Assembly (NCBI GenBank): GCA_965140785.1
Contig: OZ223510.1
Location: 128,001-192,000, forward strand
DNA length: 64,000 nucleotides
Direction of reading: 5' to 3'
Source of the DNA: an uncultured Ruficoccus sp.
Lineage (GTDB): Bacteria; Verrucomicrobiota; Verrucomicrobiia; Opitutales; Cerasicoccaceae
Part shown: piece by piece, positions 61,067 through 64,000 of the stretch
Layout: each line of letters begins with the position of its first letter
Numbering within the stretch: the first letter of the stretch is position 1
Notes under the pieces: model-generated
The model's input: the letters and a program-made list of their open reading frames with translations, nothing else
Told to the model about the DNA's origin: nothing
Databases searched by the model: none
Translations under genes and position numbers: made by a program

Positions 61067-61897
61067 ATGTCCACCATACTTCTGACCGGCGCCAGCGGCT
61101 TTGTCGGCAAAGCCCTCCTGGCCGAGCTCTCCCCGCGCCACCACATGATCACGCTCACCCGCAGCGGTCTCTCCGGCGGTGAGAACCAGACCCACTACCG
61201 CGGTGATTTTGCCAACTTCGAGGATCTGCGCCAGCTCGACACCCACCAGATCGATGGGGTGGTGCACCTGGCCGCCGTTACCGGCGGCTGCCTGGAGCGC
61301 GAGGGCATCCTCGTTAATGTCGAGGGCACCCGCTGCCTCATGCGCTACCTCATCGACCGGGGCTGCAAGAAATTCGTCAACGCCAGCTCGATTGCAGCGG
61401 TGGGCTTCCAGCATGTAAAATTCCGCCCCGAGCAGCTGCCGATCCCCGACGGTCATCCCTGCCTCGACCGCGACGGCTACGGCGTCTCCAAGTACCTGAT
61501 GGAGGAGATCACGCGCTACCTGTGCCTGCAGAACCCGGAGATTGACGTGATCAACCTCCGCCTGGCCTCCATCTATCCCGATGAAGCGCCCGGCGAGAAG
61601 GTAAAGCCCGGTCCCCTGCTGGAGTGGAGCCTCGGCCACCTCACTCAGATGTGCCGCTCGAAGGCGGTGGAAGCGTTCGCGCGCGCCGTCGAGTCCCCGC
61701 ACAAACCCGGCCTACGCATCCTCAATGCCGTCAGCCGCAACTCATGGACAGCCGGCCCCGTGGCTGACGTGCTCCGCGCTTGGTGGGGGAAGGATTACGA
61801 CCTTGGAAGATTCACGGAGGCGGCAGAAAACGGCAATCCATCGGTTTACGACTCCACGGCTATCGAGCGCGAGCTCGGCTTTGTTGCCGAAGCCTAG
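61067..61897 (+). CDS. NAD-dependent epimerase/dehydratase
   Basis: TGASGFVG, VHLAA, NVEGT and YGVSK motifs. Confidence 0.9.
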   Translation: MSTILLTGASGFVGKALLAELSPRHHMITLTRSGLSGGENQTHYRGDFANFEDLRQLDTHQIDGVVHLAAVTGGCLEREGILVNVEGTRCLMRYLIDRGCKKFVNASSIAAVGFQHVKFRPEQLPIPDGHPCLDRDGYGVSKYLMEEITRYLCLQNPEIDVINLRLASIYPDEAPGEKVKPGPLLEWSLGHLTQMCRSKAVEAFARAVESPHKPGLRILNAVSRNSWTAGPVADVLRAWWGKDYDLGRFTEAAENGNPSVYDSTAIERELGFVAEA

Positions 61898-62377
61898 GAG
61901 TTTTTTTGCCCCAAAAGTTTTTGAGCCTAACACACCGTCGGAACTCAGCCTCCGTCGTTTAGGCTCATAATCGGGAACGATTACAAGGTAAGAGCACTGG
62001 TCCCGGGAGGCGGTGCTCTTCTTGTATGTCGTCAGGTCTTATGGAAGGGCAGCCCTTCTCCATGCGTGTGAAGCTACATCGCTAGATTCGTTGTTGAAAT
62101 AGGTTTAATAAGGTTTGTTTATAATAAAACCTAGGTGTATTAGTACATTGACCTAAGTGCCTAATTTGAAATTGAATCTCAACATCAAGAGCCAATGGGG
62201 GCGGTGTTCCAAACGGCACCGGTTTTGGCTCATAGTTGAAATTAACGTATTGATCTGAAATAAAAAATGACCACTGGTTGAGACGAGGACTCATTTGCGA
62301 ATCTAGCGGGCGCGTTTCAGAGCAATTCTGCTAGTGAGCCTTTCTCAATCTTACCACTCAATCGCGAACCAAGAACC

Positions 62378-63190
62378 ATGAACGCTATCAGTAAAATCCT
62401 ATTCGCTTCGATGACCATCGCCGCCGCCGGGGCTTCTGCCCAGACCGAGGTTTTCCAGGGGGTCTCCCCGGAGGCCGAGGCTCAGGCCCGGGAGGAAGCC
62501 GTCATCGATGGGGTGGAAACCGAAGAGTTTCACGCCTTCGCCAACATCGGTTACGAGTCCATGTACGTGACCTCCGGCGCGCAGGGCGCGTACCAGTCGC
62601 TTCAGCCGAATCTCGAGCTGGCCTACTACGGCGTCTATGCTGGCATCTGGGCGAACCTGCCTCTGGATTCCAACCCTGGCGGCAACTGGACCGGCAGCGA
62701 GTTCTCCGACGAGTACAACATCTACGCCGGGTACGGGATGGGCTTTCTGGATGACCTGCTCACCGCAAGCGCTGGCGCGACTTATTACTGGTATCCGGAT
62801 TTCGGCGTGACCCCGAACCATACCTGGGAACTGAACTTCGCCCTTTCCGCCGACGTCCTGCTGAGCCCCGGCGTGGAAGTCAACTACGACCTGAATCTCA
62901 ACCAGCTCGAAGTCATCATCGTCAGCAGCTATGACTACGACCTGAGTGAATACACCGTAGACGGCCTGGGCTTGGCCGCGGGCGCCGCCTTCGGCTACCT
63001 TCAAAATGAAGACACGCCCGTCTCCTACTTCTATGTGGAAATGGCCGTGGACCTGACCTACGTCTACAATGAAAACTTCTCGGTCTACGCTGGGCCGCGT
63101 TTCTCGACCAATGACGCGGGCAAGGACCAGAATATCGGCGAGCGCGCCACCAACTTCTGGTGGGGCATCGGCGCGACCTTCCAGTTCTAG
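62378..63190 (+). CDS. Outer-membrane beta-barrel protein (TorF/TIGR02001-like putative porin)
   Basis: Signal peptide, alternating beta strands, YAGIWAN and EYNIYAGY segments, terminal Phe. Confidence 0.75.
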   Translation: MNAISKILFASMTIAAAGASAQTEVFQGVSPEAEAQAREEAVIDGVETEEFHAFANIGYESMYVTSGAQGAYQSLQPNLELAYYGVYAGIWANLPLDSNPGGNWTGSEFSDEYNIYAGYGMGFLDDLLTASAGATYYWYPDFGVTPNHTWELNFALSADVLLSPGVEVNYDLNLNQLEVIIVSSYDYDLSEYTVDGLGLAAGAAFGYLQNEDTPVSYFYVEMAVDLTYVYNENFSVYAGPRFSTNDAGKDQNIGERATNFWWGIGATFQF

Positions 63191-63245
63191 ACTTGCCGTC
63201 TGACGCAGCCGTCTCAGTCCATTAGGGATGTGACGGGTTAGACGC

Positions 63246-63280
63246 GCCCCTCCACGCTCCAGGCGAGGAGGGGTTTTTTA
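63246..63280 (+). terminator. Intrinsic terminator
   Basis: CCCCTCC...GGAGGGG followed by TTTTTT. Confidence 0.75.
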
Positions 63281-63751
63281 TGTCTGGACCGAATATGGAT
63301 GCTGGAGGATATGGCGTATCGATTTATTGATACATAAAAGAAGCAACTCCACGTAATCCGTTGTTGATCGAGGGCGGTCTATGCTCGCGGCTTACTTCTT
63401 GGGTTTGAGAGCTGATGTGCTTGTTTTTATTCTATACAGGTTCGTTCGGGTAAGCATAAGTTTAAAGGTTTATTAGCGGGCGTTCGTAACATCGTTTCCG
63501 AACTGATACATGGCGTCAATTGGGTGACGTCCGTAGCGAACCTTTTACAGTGCCGTCGTTGACGTGGCTAAGGCTCTGGCCTTTTCTCACCCATGCACGA
63601 ATCGCGCTCTGTTGTATTGCTTTTTGGACTCGATCGAGGATGCCGGCTTAACTGCCGGCCATGGGTCCGGCTTGTTATGCTGTCAGGGTGGGGAAGTGCG
63701 TCCGGCTACGACTCCTAGGCTTAGTTATAATTCAATCATCACTTCGGCATA

Positions 63752-64000
63752 ATGAAACTAAAAGCACTTTCACTGGCTTGCGCATACATGGGTGCGCTGA
63801 CGGTCCCGGCTCAGGCGGATCTGGTTGCGCATTGGGATTTCAACGAGGGCAGCGGAACAACCGTTGCCGATTCGGTCGCATCTATCGGCGGCGAACTTCA
63901 GGGGAATGCAACGTGGGTCCCGGGGCTGGACGGCTACGCGATCCAGATCGAGGAAGACGAGACCTCGCAGGTCTATGTCGGCACGCCGGAAGCTCTGGAC
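63752..64000 (+). CDS. Secreted LamG-like jellyroll protein (5' partial, runs off window)
   Basis: MKLKALSLACAYMGALTVPAQADLVAHWDFNEGSGTTVADS. Confidence 0.75.
   Translation, partial: MKLKALSLACAYMGALTVPAQADLVAHWDFNEGSGTTVADSVASIGGELQGNATWVPGLDGYAIQIEEDETSQVYVGTPEALD

Noticed and set aside
61922..62022. Riboswitch-like stems after the epimerase
   Set aside because: Two hairpins are present but no recognisable aptamer motif; most simply a 3' terminator structure

Overview
Bacterial window, most likely Verrucomicrobiota (Opitutia-like). This is inferred from PEP-CTERM proteins, prepilin/H-X9-DG proteins, a PilX-like giant protein and LacI-like regulators. Positions ~1-43 kb are an accessory carbohydrate-utilisation region: GH39-like, GH36 and GH9 hydrolases, a sulfatase, a sialate O-acetylesterase, a sugar-acid catabolic operon and three PEP-CTERM genes. 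It is heavily eroded by IS3/IS5 remnants and internal deletions. Positions ~45-64 kb look like core genome (nth, clpB, psd, mscS, a DUF294/exonuclease pair, a radical SAM gene, an AraC-linked dehydrogenase pair, a porin). The most striking structure is an AT-rich cassette array at ~11.5-16.4 kb. Orphan polymorphic-toxin tips, immunity genes and a secreted protein sit behind a conserved 79-bp hairpin ending in TGACCCCTT, and most are closed by a second conserved motif starting TGACCCGTTAA. The array lies next to a dead tyrosine recombinase and is neither a CRISPR array nor a canonical integron. Other notable signals are two operator motifs linking PEP-CTERM genes to CAZyme genes, and a sigma54-type promoter with an IHF site upstream of clpB. 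All family assignments come from motif recognition by eye; no database searches were run.
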